From the NCBI GenBank assembly GCA_043228905.1, contig JBHGNT010000002.1, positions 16,864,001 through 16,928,000 of the forward strand: 64,000 nt of DNA, written 5' to 3'. Origin of the DNA: Azolla caroliniana (Eukaryota > Plantae > Polypodiophyta). Both the position numbers and the translations under genes were made by a program. This document shows positions 1-11,504 of the stretch, piece by piece. How positions within the stretch are numbered: position 1 is the stretch's first letter; every line of letters begins with the position of its first letter. The notes below the pieces were generated by a model. That model was not told the origin of the DNA. It did not search any database and was given only the letters and a program-made list of their open reading frames with translations.

Positions 1-143
1 AATGTCCCCTGGCTCAAGACCCAGTCAATTCATCTCCTTTCTCAATTATGTGATTTTCACTGACTGGCATTTGGGGAAACAAGAGAAGCCTGGAATATTT
101 CGAAATGTTTTTCTTAGCATCTGTATATTTTCGAAAGACTTAC

Positions 144-3100
144 TTTGATCTTGGCCTGCGAAGTTAGCTTTGGAGGTGGCATCAATGTAATAGGCAACTT
201 CTTTGACTCTAGCTTTTGAAGGAAATAATCTTCCCAAGGAGCAAGAATCAGTAAACCTTCACCTTTCTTACCCGCACGGCCAGTTCTTCCAAGCCTATGA
301 ATGTATTGCTCAAAATCGGAAGGTGCCCCAACCTAGAAAGATATTTCAATGAGTATCCATGTTGCAGTTGCAGATCATGTACAGGAAAAGCGCCCTGGAG
401 TTTTCCTTTATTTCCGCAATGCCTCTTTAAGTTTTCATTATATCAAGAAATGCCTTTGGTCCACCCCCAAAAGAGAATAATGGGATATAATTCCTGAAAG
501 AGGGTCATGACCAAGTGCATTCGGAGAAATTCAACACAAACTTAGAGGCAGAGGGCATGGAGAAATAAAGAAAGACTCGGTATTCTGGAGTTTTTCCTCT
601 AAAGTGAATGCTCAAGACTTGATAATTAAGCAAACCCAAGTTAGGAGTCAAAAAACCCTGGATGGATATTTCGATGAATATTCATAAAAGTACCTGGACA
701 ACCAGCGTCACATTAGGATAATCGACGCCCCTTGCAGATACATCAGAGGTGAACAATATAATGCCACCCTTTGACTGACGGAACTCATCGGATACACGTG
801 TGCGATAACGCTGATCTTTCCTTGAATGTATCTCTCTTGAATTGAAACCAAGGTTTGAAAAAAGCTTGCACATAAAGGCAGTTACTCTAGCAGTGGTGCA
901 AAACACAAGAACCTGTTTGGAGATGCATATCCGAGATTTTAAAAATGATGAATTACAACCAGAACTTGTTTCGATTTTGAAAATAGAATTACAACCACCT
1001 TGTACTGAGGATCCTGTGATATGTGCTCTTTGAGAGCCACATATAGAACTCTTAGCTGTTTCTCCAGAGGAACAATAATGTATTGCTGCTTTACCTGCAG
1101 AAAGGTAGAGGAATGAAGTGATAAGCAAGGCTTAAGCTTTACTCCACGGTTTGCAAGAAAATTGATGCAAATTCACATCTAATATTGGAAGTGAATTCAT
1201 CAACACAATTGTTCACTCACTATAGTCCAAGTTTATGTCCAAGGTTTGAACTGAGCTCATTAGTACCACATAATTCACTCACTTTAATTATGATTTAGTA
1301 TAGACTTTAGTCTGCTCACTCCTAATCAATCTAACCACTATGTCTTATAAGGGAACATTGAGCATTTAATGTGAGTCGTGAAATTTGAGTATTAAAGAAC
1401 AGCTCGTCAATGTTTAACCTGTACGATTGTTAACATATGATTTCATTTTTTGCTGATATTATGGAGTGTTCACTTACTACGTAAAATATCAGAAACTGTA
1501 AACCTAATATGTTACTTCATTTTGATTGTTTAACCTGTTTGATTGTTTGCATATGATGTCATTTTTTGCTGCTAGTATGGAATGTTCACTTCTATGTAAA
1601 ATATCAAAAAGTGTAACCATTATGTCATATAAGGGGACAAGTGCATTGAATGTGAGTCATGAGATTAACCTTGATATGAGTGTCCTGACTGTTTTTCCCA
1701 ACAGCATCAATAAATACATGGTCATCTCTCAATGCAATTTTAGAGATATTGTGCACCTGGAAGATACAAAGATGACATTAAAAAGCTTCTGCTGTAAGGT
1801 TTTTAATAGAAAATGTTTCACAAAAAGTAACCTCTTTTGGAACAGTTGCAGAAAAGAGAAGGGTCTGCCTCTGAGAAGGGACTGCTTCCATGATTTTACG
1901 CAAACTGTCCCGGAAACCCATATCTAACATATGATCAGCTTCATCTAATACAAACATTCTCACTGATCGTAACTGTCTTCCCAACTCTGGAGTTCTCTGA
2001 ATATGATCCACCAGTCTACCAGGAGTACCTACAAGTATCTGTCGTAGATTTTGACTTTAAAAACAGAATAATAGTAGCAAGTAAAAAACACACTAAAGAA
2101 AACTCCACCTGTGGCAGAGAGAGAACAAAAGATATATTAAAGCCTATACAAGACACAATTTACCTATCAGACCTAACAAAGATTACAAGTAAATCCACAA
2201 GCTACATAGGCTTTTTTGAAAAGGATTGTAAGAAGAGAACAGGCGATCAATGAGTTATGACATACAACCAATAATGTTATGGCATTATTGGTATTTCATA
2301 ATAATAGCATTCGCTTGATTAAGCATATATGAATACCTGGCACGGATTTCTAGACAAGTTCATCTGTTCTGTACGAATAGAATTTCCTCCATAAACAACC
2401 TGTGCACCAAGACCTCTATGAAATTTTAGCAATACTTGAGCTTCATTTGCAGCCTGTTGTGCTAGTTCTCGAGTGGGACACACAATAAGTACATTGATAG
2501 GATTCCTTGATCTTCCTTCTGGTGCCTTCAGGATAGCCTCTATTGCTGGGAGCTGAAAACAGAATATAATATAGGGCATTTAGAAGAATAATATGATAAT
2601 ACGTATAGATAAATGTGGCCGTAGTGGTTTTATCAGTGTGCATATTAACTTGCAAGAATTATTCCCGACTCACCAAGAAAGCAATAGTTTTACCAGTACC
2701 AGTTCTAGCCTTTGCTAAGACGTCCTGACCTAATAAAGCACATAATTGCATGCTTCATTGAGAGCACATATGAACAAGCAACTAAAATAAACTAATACTC
2801 TAAAACCAGCCAAAGTAGAAATACCTTTCAGGATTATTGGAAAAGTCGCCTCTTGCACTTCAGTCATCCTCTCATACTTTAGAACAGAATGAAGCGCCTT
2901 GATTGAATATGGAGATATGTCAAACTTGTCAAATCTGACACATCAGGAAGAAATTTCTGTGGAGTAAGGGAAATTTCAATACTCTATAATCTACGATGTT
3001 GATGCATCATTAATATCCACATCATGATATGAAGGATGTTCCAATGATTTAATTCTAGCATGGCATGCCATATTATTAGTTTCTAAAAGAAATAAATGTA

Positions 3101-4799
3101 AATTACAAAGGAGCATTTGAAGTTTCACTTTAAAAAACAGATTTTGCTTGCTTTATCATCTTAAAATCCTTAATATTCATGCTAAATCAATAAAACATTA
3201 AACATGTCTGAGACCATGTTTTAATAGCTTTTAACATTTTCTATAGCAAATTGTGAGATGTGGCACTAATCCCATGCAAATAACTGCAAGTTGAGATCAT
3301 TCAGTATAGTTAGATGCGTCTTAATGTTCTTAGAATCTTTCTTTCATTGCCACACTTTGTATTCTTATCAACTAACTCCTCCCTATAATTAAAGATCGTG
3401 AAACAAAACAATAATATACACATACCGAATCCTGGTGAAGATAAAATACATAAAAAAATCAAATTTTGACTCACTTTTAGTTTCTAAGATAAGCCGGTTC
3501 TTATTATGCATTAAAATAAAGAACTTGACTTAAGATACATAAATAAATCAAATTTTGACTCTCACTTTTAGTTTCTACGATAAGCTGGTTCTTATCATAC
3601 ATTAAAATAAAAAACTTGACTTACCTTGTCTTTATAAGATAAGTATTAAGATGGTTCTTAAGATTCATTGAAATAAATTAATAGCTTAACAAAGAAAAGA
3701 TGGTCTTCACGATTAATCAAATTAAAAAACTTGAGTACCTTGTCTTTGTAAGGTAAGATGGTCCACCGTTATCAGTGTCATCAGCCACACCGCTATCCTC
3801 AGTTGCTTCTGCACTGGAATTAAACCTTGATTCACATTCAGATGAACTGTTTTCAGCCTCTTCATCCGAACCCAGCTCTAATGATTCAATAGAAGACTTA
3901 ATATTTTTTCTTCTAATAGAAGTATCTCTAAAGTCATCAGAACGCCTTGCTTTTTCTTGAGAAGACATTGATTTCCTCTTGTCATCTTCACTGAGATCCG
4001 AATCTTCAGGTTCATTACCAAATGAGGCAGCTGATGATCTCTTTCTCTTTGTAGTTATGATTGTAACACCATCTTCTTCTTCTTCTTCTTCTTCTTCTTC
4101 TTCTGTCTCAGATTTATGTATTTTGACCTTCTGAGTCTTGGAATTAACAGGGGGTGGTTTCCTATCTCTGCTCATTTTAGCATCAGATTCCATGAAGAAG
4201 TCATCAAGATCATCTGATTCGTCCTCTTCGTCATCATCACTAACTATAGAATGAACCGCTCTAGCACCAGAAACATGCACATCAGGCCAAACAGACTTAT
4301 GAAACGGCAAAGCTCCAGCACAAGATAGACGTGTCTTCAAAAGGCCATTCATGTTGCTTCTCTTGAATGCACTTCTTATTAATACCTCTCTTCTATCATA
4401 TACTGATATTAATTCATGTTTCCATAAATGATTATTCACGTTTCTCCTCCCAAATGTATGTTTTACTTCTTCATTCTCTAATTTGGATCTTCTCTTGGAG
4501 ATTGACTCGAGATTCGACAGATTAGAACTCAAGTTTCTATAATGATTTATCTCTCCTTTCTCGAGTTCAGGTCTTACATGTTCAACTAAGTTTGATTGAA
4601 GCTTCCCTGCAGACGCAGTGGTTACAGAGGTGACCAACCTCCTTGCTGTAACTTGAGCTTCTGCAGAAAGAATAGGAACCAACATCCCTTCGCTTGCTTC
4701 TGCAGATACGGAAGCATGGCAGATTATGAGGCGAGGGGATATGGAAGGGTATCTACGAGACGAGATAGATGACCTGCGAAGAAACATTTGCAAAGGCAT
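144..4799 (-). CDS. DEAD-box ATP-dependent RNA helicase, plant RH25/RH26/RH31-like; spliced, 3' end lies outside the window
   Basis: GT-AG exons in frame: 4799-3739, 2934-2825, 2729-2674, 2552-2337, 2038-1832, 1756-1670, 1094-999, 912-694, 332-144. Motifs: Q ([13 protein letters not shown]), I (ARTGTGKT), Ia (PTRELA), Ib (TPGRL), II (DEAD), III (SAT), V (SDVSARGVD), VI ([10 protein letters not shown]). Exon 1 encodes a long N-terminal extension with an acidic low-complexity tract. Confidence 0.93.
1331..1666. repeat. Diverged duplications inside a helicase intron
   Basis: 1414-1504 resembles 1531-1618, and 1331-1385 resembles 1611-1666. Confidence 0.65.
3444..3640. repeat. ~90-bp tandem duplication in intron 1
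   Basis: aatcaaattttgactc...tttagtttcta.gataagc.ggttcttat...attaaaataaa.aacttgactta occurs twice. Confidence 0.7.
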
Positions 4800-4944
4800 G
4801 GCAAAAGTTCTTCTTCTTCCTCCTCCTCCTCTTCTTCTGTTTAAACTTCTTCAAAAGTTCAAAATGATTACCGCTATCTACTCAGCAGACAGCCTATGGA
4901 ACGGGGAGTCGCTTAATATATTTCTTCTAACATTTGCTTCTTCA

Positions 4945-4997
4945 TTCTTCTTCTTCTTCTTCTTCTTCTTCTACTACTACTACTACTACTACTACTC
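4945..4997. repeat. (TTC)n(TAC)n compound microsatellite
   Basis: Read directly from the sequence. Confidence 0.9.
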
Positions 4998-5286
4998 TTC
5001 CTCGTCTGTTTCTATTTCTTTTTGCATCTCCGATTCTTCTGTTTCTGTTCCTTCCGGCTTCTCCTGCTGCTAATTTCTTGCCTCTTTAGATCCTTCTGGC
5101 TTCTCCTGTTGCTAATTTCTTACCTTTTTTAGATTCATTAACTCATTGCCTGCTCCTCCGTCTTCTTCGTCCGTCTGTCTGTGTGCGTGTTGCAGGAGCG
5201 GGTGTGTTTCCTTTTCACGTGGCCATGGCGTTTCCTGAGCAGGATGAGCAGAGAGAGAGAGAGAGAGAGAGGGTTTTTGCCCTGAA

Positions 5287-5311
5287 AGGGTTTAGGGTTT
5301 AGGGTTTAGGG
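5287..5311 (-). promoter_or_regulatory. Tandem telo-boxes (AAACCCTA; plant telomere repeat TTTAGGG x3) upstream of the helicase
   Basis: agggtttagggtttagggtttaggg about 490 bp 5' of the ATG, between (GA)n at 5250-5271 and (GGAA)n at ~5360-5388. Confidence 0.65.
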
Positions 5312-5602
5312 TACTATTGTAATAGTAGTACATACATACTAGATAGATAGGTAGACAAGAAGGAAGGAAGGAAGGAAGGAAGGAAGGAGGAGAAAGCACA
5401 TATGTACATACATAATGTGAAGGGTTTGTAAAAATTACAATAATGGGTCTCGGATTGAATTACGAATTGAGTTTTTTAAAGCCTTTGTTACAGCACACAC
5501 CCAAAGGCCCTCCTCTAAGAATGTCGTTCCACGAGGTGTGGAGTTCTCGTGAAATGCTCGATTCCTAATAAGAAATGGTCTTGTTAAATTTATACCAAAA
5601 GT

Positions 5603-7740
5603 TTGCATCTCCTGTGTCCTTTGGCTCAATCGAGACCAATATCATTAGTGGGTGGGTTGTTTAAGATTTTTGCTAAAGTAATTGCAAATCGACTTCAAAA
5701 GGTATTACCGTTTGTGGTCCATCCAATGCAATATGGGCTTATTGCAGGACGGGGCATCCTTCACAATATCTTGAATGTGCAAATGGCAATGGATTATGCA
5801 AAGGAATCCAGACAACAAATTGTAATGATACAGTTAGATATCGAGAAGGTACATGATTGTGTAAGTTTGTCTTTTATTACTCAACGTATGTCTCATATGG
5901 GTTTTGAGGAAAGGATGTCTCAACTCTCTTTGATGTTGGGGTTAGGTGTATTGTCACCTGTTAGGTTAAATGGTGGAGTTACTAAGACGATACCATTGAC
6001 AAGGTTAGTTAGACAAGGATGCCCATTGAGTCCATTATTATTTGAAATTGCTACACACCTTATTTTGGTGAGGATTCATGAGTTGGCAACATGTGTGGAA
6101 ATAATTGGACTAGCTTTACCATCCCAGAAACAATTGATAACTCAAGCCTTGGCAAATGATTCATTTTTATTTCTCAAAACGGTACATTATAATATAGCTA
6201 AGGCTGTGGAGGTGTAGAATGTGTTTGCATTGGCGTCAAGATTACACATTCATTTGCAAAAGTCGATGCTCATTAGATGCACTAAGAGTAATTTGGTTTA
6301 TCTTGGATGGTGTGGCCAAATATTGGATCAAGAGAATTTGTGTTGACACTTAGGTTACCTTATTGGTGTTGATATATCCCCATCTCAAAGTTTGAATTGG
6401 ATATCAGGGACCATTTTAGATAAGTTTATATACATTGTAGATGAAAGAGTCAAATTTTGGTATAAGTTGGGTATAACGGAACAATATATGTACCCCAAAA
6501 CGGTTAGAGGAAGTTGCATTACTAAATTTAGAAAATCATATGATGGCTTGAAGATTCAATCTTTTAAAAGGTATGTGCATAGGTACCCAACCTTGGGCAG
6601 AAATAATTGGTTATTTTTTGGAAAAAGTTGGTATAGACAATGGGAAAACGAGATTTACAACCTAGTGGTGGCATGTTTTTAATATGTAGTACTCGTTCAT
6701 TTAAAAGTTTAGAATCTATTATAGTTCAACAATTACCGCTTTCTTGGCAGCGATGTGTGAAATTGTTTAATTGGAGCCCCCCCTAAGTGTAGAAAATATA
6801 GTAATTATTTGGCATGAGAGATGTTGGCAACTTTAAGGATATTACATAGGGATGGAAAAGAAAGTCAAAACTCAAAGTTCAATCAAATGAGAAGGTTGGG
6901 CTTGGTAACTTTGGAATATGTTATCTTAGAGTCATGCAAGAAAATGATTGCTTTTCAGATAGAAAGAAATAAGTTACATATACAATGTGGATATGGGTAT
7001 ATTTGGCAATCAAATCTTGCATTGCTTAGTTTAGTTTTTTTTATTCTAGAGTTGATGATCGAGGAACCATGGAAAGATTGGTCATTTGGTATTGGAAAAT
7101 GGTTATTTGTGGTGCACACTAATGACATATATGATAAGTTGGTCCAAGATAGAGCTTGGTTTACAAATAAGGGTGTCTGGATACATTGTACATTACTCGG
7201 CATGTAAAGCGGTGGCGTCAAGTTTTAGATGCAAGATGGCGGTCCACCTTCCATTTCGTGTAAAGGTGTTTCTTTGGTGTGCAATGGTCGATGGGTTGCC
7301 TTTGGCGATGCCTTTAAAAAGAAGATCTATATTTCGAATGGGACATGTTTCTTCTGTACATTGGTTGACAAAGATGTGAGACATAGGTTCATTACATGTT
7401 TGGTTGCTAAAGCCATTTGGGTGGTTATATCACCACTTTGGATATAAATAACATAAAGGATTTTGTCACCTTTTAAGTAGGTTGTTATTGACGACGATAA
7501 TAAAGTTATACCTGCGCCATCATATTAGGTCGTGTTTGACTACTTTAAGTATTGGGAGATGTGGTTTAATTGGACCATGAGAAATAAGTTCTTGTTTGGT
7601 GGACTTCTTGGGGTAACACAATAACTCTGTAGGATGAAAGAGAAGTTGATTTGGTGATTTTTGCAACAATGTTGGATGGGGACGTTGTCCCAATATGAGG
7701 TAGAGTTATGTCATCTAGTCCTACAACACTTGAGAGGGAT
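5603..7740 (+). mobile_element. Degenerate L1-type LINE, 5'-truncated ORF2 (RT + zf-RVT)
   Basis: RPISLVGGLFKIFAKVIANRL, RQGCPLSPLLF; later RVKVFLW and CFFC...HRFITC. Many stops and frameshifts. Confidence 0.8.
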
Positions 7741-7849
7741 TAGCTCTCTTTCTCTCTCTCTCTCTCTCTCTCATTTTTTTTGGTAAAAGCACACCTATAT
7801 TTATTAATTGTATGTAAAACCCACTTGTTACAACATTCTTAGTCATCCT

Positions 7850-9180
7850 CTACCTTCCTACCTCCTTATGTAAGGAAAGGAGCATATGGTATCGCTCATT
7901 ATAAAACATGAATATGTATGTACATATGCACTTGAGGAAATGATCCCCATATATTTTAACATCCAAAAATTCCACATGAGATGCCTTTTAACTTCTTTAC
8001 ATAGGCATTGAACCCCACGACCACTTTCAAACATGAAAGCATTATGCGTATTCCAATTATCGAAAATTTTGGAATAATATCTCCAACTCATCATTTGGAC
8101 CATTTTGAACATATTGAGCAAAAACCCTTTGTTGAGGCCCCAAATAAAAACATGTTAAAACTTGCCCAATATCCAATATGCACTTCCAAATGATATGCGT
8201 TGTACTGTCCTCCAATGCAATGGTGCAAACAAAGCATGCACCTCACCTTAGTCCTCATCTCATTAAGGCTAGACCTAATGGGAGTCCACCAATCATGACT
8301 CTCCATATGAATACCTCTACACGAAATGGCAAATAGGAATGCCAACCAAGGCAATATTTGCCACCACATTGTATTTGACTTACATAAATTCCACGCCATT
8401 TCTGCTTTAGGTGATAGCATAATGATGTCATTGCTTTAGTACAATACATTTGTAGTGACTTGTAACAAGTGTGTACTATCCTTTAACTCGCCAATCCAAT
8501 GAGCAATGGTTACCATGATGCTTGAATCTTAGTTTTTCCATGTATCAATCCATCATCCTCAATAAAAATATAGCATCATAGATATCCATGGTTGATCTTA
8601 TTGACACATATCTTGTAATAATGCAAATCAATGAGCCATCAAATGCATTTCCAAATCCAATCTGGTGACACCACTTAATCATTTGGGAGTAGCCAAATGA
8701 TCCCATGAAATCCATGTAACCCCCATGGTTTCTCCTTTCCACCAAATGACCTCAGGAGGTTGCAATAATGTTTGTAATGCCTTATTAATCTATGGAGTAA
8801 TGGTAAACAATATGATAGCATTGGTATCATGATATATCGCACCACTTTGAGTCGTACATGAAATGGCCATAAATTGATATTACCAATACATAAATTTGTC
8901 CTTCAATTTACTACCAATGTAGTCAATCAGTTGAATATGACATCAACACCCAATGGATACCCCAAATGCTGATAAATTGATCCTCGTGTAATTATTGACC
9001 CGACCATCCCAAACAATCCAAATCACTTTTTGTACAAGAACTAAGGCGAGACTTCCTCCAATTTATCTGCAACCATGAAGCCATGGAAAATTGATCTCAA
9101 ACTAATTGTCAACTAGAAGGAAGATGCAAACCCGCAATATCAACATTACTACAAGATTGGACAACATAGGGCTTCATGGA
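7850..9180 (-). mobile_element. Second degenerate L1-type LINE fragment, tail-to-tail with the first
   Basis: zf-RVT-like WHSYLPFRVEVFIWRVMIGGLPLG (8255-8449) and GYPLGVD at ~8945-8965. A (CT)n tract at 7744-7772 separates the two LINEs. Confidence 0.65.
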
Positions 9181-9229
9181 CATCATTGTTGTTGAATGTT
9201 GAAGTTGATGTTGCGGAAAGTTGCGGACC

Positions 9230-10343
9230 TGTCAGTGAGTCTGGCAAACAATACATATTGATGGAGAGATATAGAAAAAGATAGAGAAGAGAAGAGGAAG
9301 AGAAATGAATACTTTAATATACTATTAGGAAAACAATACCATCTTCTTAAACTCCAAAAGTAACAACCCCAAAGAACTACCTTAATCTCAATGACACTAA
9401 TTCATAATTGTTGCGAGATCAAGCTCAACTTAGTTTAGTTAGTTAGTCAACCATGTGACTTCGTAGTTACCTAGATAGAATCTAGTTAGAAGTGTTGACT
9501 ATAACACCTTAAATAGGACCTTGTACTTAAGTGGGATATTCTAGATCCTCCACTCCCATGTGTACCTATATTCTCCTCACACATGTGCACCCTTGCACAT
9601 GAGATCTATATATACCTCATTGTAGGTATTTTTGTATTTTGATGATGCTTTCTAATATAGTTACTCATCCCCCATCTTGTGTCATTCATAAGTGTACCTT
9701 CCTCTCTCTCTTCCTCTCACACACATACACACATCTCACTTAATCTTCCACTTAACTTAATCACATAATTAGTTACTAAGTAACCCGTAGTTAATCACCT
9801 AATTCTTAACAATAATAATATGTCCTTCTTCTCTCTTTCTTCTACTAAGAATCCTCTCACTTCTTCTAGCCTTCTTATTCGTCCTTCTTCCCAATTGCTA
9901 AGAATACCCTCCTATTTATAGGTTTTTGGTTACGTTATTCTTCTTTTTTCCTTTTCATTTCTTTTTACATATTCTCGGGTTTTTTTATATATAATTGTTT
10001 CTACTTTGTCATCCCAAATACGTCAACAAGAAAGCTCTCTTTGTCAAATTTCTTATGAGTCTTTTCTTTTGAAATTTGGATATGAGATGAAGAAGTTATG
10101 AGCTTTTTTCTCTAACTTGCTTTTTCTGCATCTTTTTTTCTTTTTTCCTGTTTTTTCTACTTTTGAAAAACGCCTCTAACTTTATATACCTTCAACTTCC
10201 ATTGTCTTTTAACTCTTGAACCTTTCATATCGTGGTTTATTCTTATACACCTTAGTTTTCAACGTATTTGCCACAATGTTTTCTTACGAGCAAAAATTGA
10301 CTTCACACATATAGCAATCAAGATAGAGTTATGCATTGTGACA
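9230..10343 (-). mobile_element. Possible old LTR (TGTCA...TGACA), interrupted by a solo LTR
   Basis: Inverted 5-bp termini, minus-strand CTATAAATAG at ~9912-9921 and purine/pyrimidine tracts. No TSD found. Confidence 0.3.
9409..9811 (+). mobile_element. Solo Copia LTR with 5-bp TSD ATAAT
   Basis: TGTTGCGAGATCAAGCTCAAC...TTAACA, with ATAAT at 9404-9408 and 9812-9816. The start resembles the LTRs at 11505 and 58286. Confidence 0.85.
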
Positions 10344-10344
10344 A

Positions 10345-10711
10345 GATTCACGTAGATGAAAACAGGTTCGGCTGTTGATAATTTCCGACTTGCGTAATAG
10401 ACTGGCGTCTACCAGTTCGGCTCCGACAACTGCATTAACAAACTTCCCATTGCGACATTGAATGCGTCGACAAATACATGAAAGTCTTTTCCCCAATCGG
10501 GAGGTTGTACGACTAGAACCTTGGTTATCATCTTCTTTAGATAGTCATATGCATCCTGGTCAGCTGTCATCCATTGAAAAGGCACTTTATGGATGGACGT
10601 ATATAAGGGTGTCACCACATCGGCTAGATACCAAATCATCCAACTGTGCCATCTGATCTGGCCCAAGAATCAACTGAGGGCTTTGGCATTTGTCGAAGGT
10701 GGAGCATACGT
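10345..10711 (-). mobile_element. Gypsy pol fragment (RT thumb/RNase H) of the outermost host element
   Basis: FLGQIRW...PPDWGKDFHVFVDAFNVAMGSLLMQLSEPNW..YYASRKLS; homologous to element D at 40780-40900. Confidence 0.8.
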
Positions 10712-11504
10712 TGTCGTAGTGTATTTCGTACACTACGTGAAAATAATATAAAATAACCAATTGAATAAATATGAAGAAAAAATAAGAAAATATCAAAATA
10801 AGCATAGGGCAAGATTCAAACCTTGCACCTCCATGTTAATAATGTAATGTCTTACCATTGCACTAACATTTCATTAGTGTTACAAAGTAGATGTTCCACA
10901 TAGAAAGGTTAGTTCGCCTAGGATAAACATTAGTTAAAAGAAAACGCATGCTAAAAGAAAAAGCTACGCATGCACATCTAGCGTGCATGAATGCTATAGT
11001 TGATAAAAAACGCACAAGTTAGAAAAAGCATATAGTCTATCTATAGGAAAAGCATGGAGTCTATAGTTAGATAAGAAAAAGCATGGATTGCTAAGACTCC
11101 CTCATCACTACATAAGGATGGGGAGCACAATGTAATAGGTGTGTGGAATATTTGGAAATTGGATATATTTCCTAAAACACCAATTAATAAAATTATACTC
11201 GTGGGATTCATGAGGTTTCTATATCTATCTCTTTCATTCTAATTTCATATTCTAATTTCACATTAGACTCGTGGGATTCATGAGGTGTTCTATCTCTATT
11301 TCTAACAATCTATTCATAACTAGATTAACCTCAAAATCTTCTTCCTCCTAGTCCAAAACCCCTGCAGTTCCCACCCGACTCACGCAACGATCTGGAGCCA
11401 AAAGGCACGACACATTTGGTGAACCCGACGTGAAGGCGGGTGGCAAGGAGATGGGGAATCAACAACAAGCGATGAGCATAATGATGATGATGATGGAGCA
11501 GATG
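10712..11504 (+). mobile_element. Trp-primed Gypsy remnant: 5' LTR 10712-11412, PBS, start of gag
   Basis: TGTCG...CGACA; PBS TGGTGAACCCGACGTGAA at 11417-11434; ATG at 11451 giving MGNQQQAMSIMMMMMEQM, similar to the gag start of element C. Left flank is ACGT. Confidence 0.8.
10809..10865 (-). ncRNA. tRNA-like Pol III cassette in an LTR
   Basis: A-box TAGTGCAATGG (10865-10855); B-box GGTTTGAATC inside a GCAAG/CTTGC stem; T4 run downstream. Confidence 0.55.

Noticed and set aside
4726-5073. ORF with poly-Phe/Tyr
   Set aside because: Translation of a microsatellite antisense to the helicase 5' region.
5287-5311. Telomere or chromosome-fusion scar
   Set aside because: Only about three repeats, in a promoter position.
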